A DNA stretch of 64,000 bases from Amphiscolops sp. MND2022 (Eukaryota). Location: NCBI GenBank assembly GCA_964187785.1, contig OZ076409.1:76448001-76512000 (forward strand). The letters run 5' to 3'. Shown piece after piece: positions 60,975-64,000 of the stretch (position 1 is its first letter; each line of letters starts with the position of its first letter). The translations under genes were made by a program, and so were the position numbers. Under the pieces are notes generated by a model. That model had not been told where the DNA came from, did no database searches, and saw only the letters and a program-made list of their open reading frames with translations.

Positions 60975-62275
60975 CAGTACTGTGATTAAGAAATCGTCCC
61001 CCTATGCGCTGAGCGTCGTTATCAACCAATTAGAATTGTGTATTTGCTCTCTATTTTAATTCTGATTGGCGCATCCTGTGAAATCTCCGGTGAAGAAAGA
61101 ACACTTCTGCTAGTTTCCCAGTTTTTAGCAGGTTTTTGGAATAATTTTCTGAAAATTTTAAATTCAGCGAAATCTGCAGATTGTATAGAATTCAATGATA
61201 TATTTTTTGTTTCAAAAACATTCTAAATGAAAAAATAACCGCAGTTTTTTCCCGCGAAACGTTCATTTCCTATCTTAATACATGCAGAGGTGCTCAATAA
61301 ACAATTGCGTGAACAATAATTGTCAATACAATTGCAGCAATAATGTATTGTTGACGACCACCCAATACAATAATTTATTGTTGTAATTACACTTATTTGC
61401 GTCCAATAAATAACTGAAATTTGCCAAATTTCAGTTATTTATTGGACGCAAATAAGTGTAATTACAACGATAAATTATTGTATTGGGTGGTCGTCCAGTG
61501 GTTGCTCAAATGTTGTTGTTGCTGTTGTTGTGCAATAGCTTGCTAGTTTTGGTTCTAAAATCTGATTGGACGAAACAGTTTGGCTTCAAATCGTACTTAT
61601 CTAGCTTGATACTAGCAAAGCATGTACTGTCTCAGTATCGGATGCGAATTTTACCTCGTCATCTGGAAGGACAAATTTTTCTGATGGTCAACGAAAGTTT
61701 CTGGGACGCGGAACTAGTAAACAAACGGTTTTGATTGTTTCAAATTGTTTTTATTGTTTCTTATTGACAATAATAGTCAGACAATAATTGTTTTTCCTTA
61801 AACAATAATTGACATTATTGCAATAATGTATTTTTTTTCCTAGGAAAAATTGAATACTTTATTGTTTCAGAACAATATATTGTCAATTCAATATTGACCA
61901 CCTCTGAATACATGTAAATCGACGAAATTTTACCTTTCGAGCATTATATTTCGAAAACGGTTGATAATTTTTGAAATCGAAAAATATCCATTGATTCATT
62001 AGATTTGTGCGAGTTATTTGAGCATAAAACTTGCCAAAAAAACTGTGGATAAAATGGTCAAAAATTGGAAAAACGGAAAAAAGTCCCATATTTGCTCAAA
62101 ATCAGCTATTAGTAACTCTCTCAATTTTTGTCCCAGAAAAATTTTGAAAACACTAATATAAACTAGATGAAATTCTAAGAAATTTTTATCTCTGATGTTT
62201 TCAAAATTCTCAACAGACTTTGAGAAAATCGAGCCTAAAATCGCCCCGGGGGACGTTTTCTCAATCACAGTACTG
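60975..62275. mobile_element. Tc1/mariner-type MITE (TA TSD) containing a nested element
   Basis: TIR CAGTACTGTGATTAAGAAATCGTCCCC / GGGGACGTTTTCTCAATCACAGTACTG, flanked by TA on both sides. Confidence 0.85.
61285..61906. mobile_element. hAT-type MITE with 8-bp TSD and an internal ~140-bp palindrome
   Basis: TIR CAGAGGTGCTCAATA / TATTGACCACCTCTG; TSD AATACATG at 61277-61284 and 61907-61914. Confidence 0.9.
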
Positions 62276-64000
62276 TACTTAATTCACAATGTAAACAACA
62301 AGCTAGTGTCCTTTTCGGCGCGATATTTGTGAAGCATTGATTACAATAGATGAGTCGTTGAGAAACGCAAAAACAACCCGATTTTGTCGGTAACTTCCAT
62401 TTGCATTTCAATAGTGGAAACTGCAGTATATTTCTACAAGATTAAACACCGGCATATCACTGAACTTTTTGGGTTTCATAAAAAAATTACCTTGTATACA
62501 GGCCTGCAGCATTTGAAAAAACCCAGCAGTCTCGACTAGGGTATGCAAAGAGGTTAGCAAGTTTGATATACCTAGCGTTCGAAGACATAAAACATTGTAA
62601 AAAGGTGGTAAGTCATGGTATCCTTGCTAAAATCACGGCGATGCATGGAAGGGTCATCAATATCTTGCATGATCATGGTAGTATCAAGGTTGTGGTTAGA
62701 GCTTTGCACGGGTCATTTGGTATCGTGCCAAGAAATATAACATGCGTTTAATGTCTGCGTAATAACAAGGTCGTCATTCAAAAACTCTACGTTTGATTAT
62801 TTTCAATATGGCATTCATTTAAGCCAGTGAGATTTGTTTCTGAGAGTAAATCATCCTCGCACGTTTAATTTTGAAATGTATGCGTTTTTACAGCCAAAAA
62901 CAATATTGAGGTTTCTTGTTTTAATTGAAAGAGGCAATTCAAAACGTAGAAAAGCCCTTGAAAACTTCTTTCACGAACAATTTTTATCGAGGATAGTAAT
63001 GTGAAAAAAAACATTTTGACCCACAACTGCTCAATTTTGGCTAGCTCTGATGCCCGAAGGCCACAAAATATCCGAAACAACAAAATCTCAATTTGCTAAA
63101 ATCTCAAATTTCGATTGTTTTATGCTAATTTTTAATAATCTTTCCACCACATTTTTGTGCGTGTGATCATCAACTTAATTAAGCAAAAAAAAATTGGCTC
63201 AAACATGCTTTTAAAAGAAACTTTCGTCTGAAAAATGCGTAAAATGTAGTTCCAAAAATGCAAAAAATCACCTTTTGAAATGATAAAATGTTGAATTTTA
63301 CTTCAATTTTGGACGGTTTCATTCGTAGTTTGTCAGTTTTCCAGACATCTTCACTTTGGCACAGGTGAAAACTATTGGATTGTGACTTCTAATCAGCTCC
63401 TGTCGTAGTCAAGGAGACTTTTTGGACTCAACCGTGCTACTCTAACTGCAGTGTCGAAAAAAGCCGTGCCATAAGCAGTGTTATTGATCTCTGCAATATT
63501 TTCCGTGTTTTGTTAATATACTCGGTCGAGAACCCCTTAACACTTGCCTGGGGTGGAATTACAAACTACAATTGCGGTTCCGACTTGTTGCTTGGGCTTT
63601 TGGTGTAATTTTTGCCTGTATAATGATCGCAACTACTAGAGTAAGTTTTCAAAAGCAGCGAAGGTACTCGAGTCTTCTCATTCAACATTTTACAACGGTG
63701 TTTAATGATTCGCAGCTTTCGAATCATATGAAAATATTGAAAATTTCGAAGGAACTTGATACTCATGTTTTTGCATGAGAAGATGCATGTCGAAGGACGA
63801 GCTATTATTCATTCATTCCTAATTTTACAAGATTAACCACCGGAAGCTCGCCAATTTGTTTAGATTCTATAAAACATTACATTGTAAAAAGCATGTAAAA
63901 AGTTCTAGCAGTCTTGACTACGGTTATCAAGAGAACCAAGAATATGCACGATCTTACCGGAAATTTCGAGAGAGAAGCTAACTAATGTGAATGAAAACAA

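Overview
This is AT-rich eukaryotic (animal, probably invertebrate) DNA with spliceosomal introns and one 200-N gap. The first 39.3 kb is a single head-to-tail array of rolling-circle (Helitron-like) modules. All 19 module-to-module junctions read ...CTAG|GTG(C/G)..., and the array ends at CTAG|GTC. One module (4977-19126) looks autonomous. It carries a spliced SGNH-hydrolase gene, an intronless 2383-aa ORF (Cys-rich N-terminus, HUH Rep, Pif1-like helicase, C-terminal GIY-YIG endonuclease) and a spliced putative OB-fold/ssDNA-binding gene. The other 18 complete modules are non-coding. Sixteen of them are 1253-1289 bp despite clear sequence divergence, and near-identical modules recur next to different neighbours. 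They keep covarying hairpins, and their 3' tails can base-pair with their own 5' end and often with the next module or host target. The array ends inside a C2H2-zinc-finger ORF, which it truncates. Downstream lie a spliced PC4-like gene, three exons of a matrix metalloproteinase (minus strand), LTR/gag-like fragments, several MITEs with target-site duplications (TSDs) and an unrelated 5x 1282-bp tandem repeat. All alignments and folds were done by eye; no database search was run.
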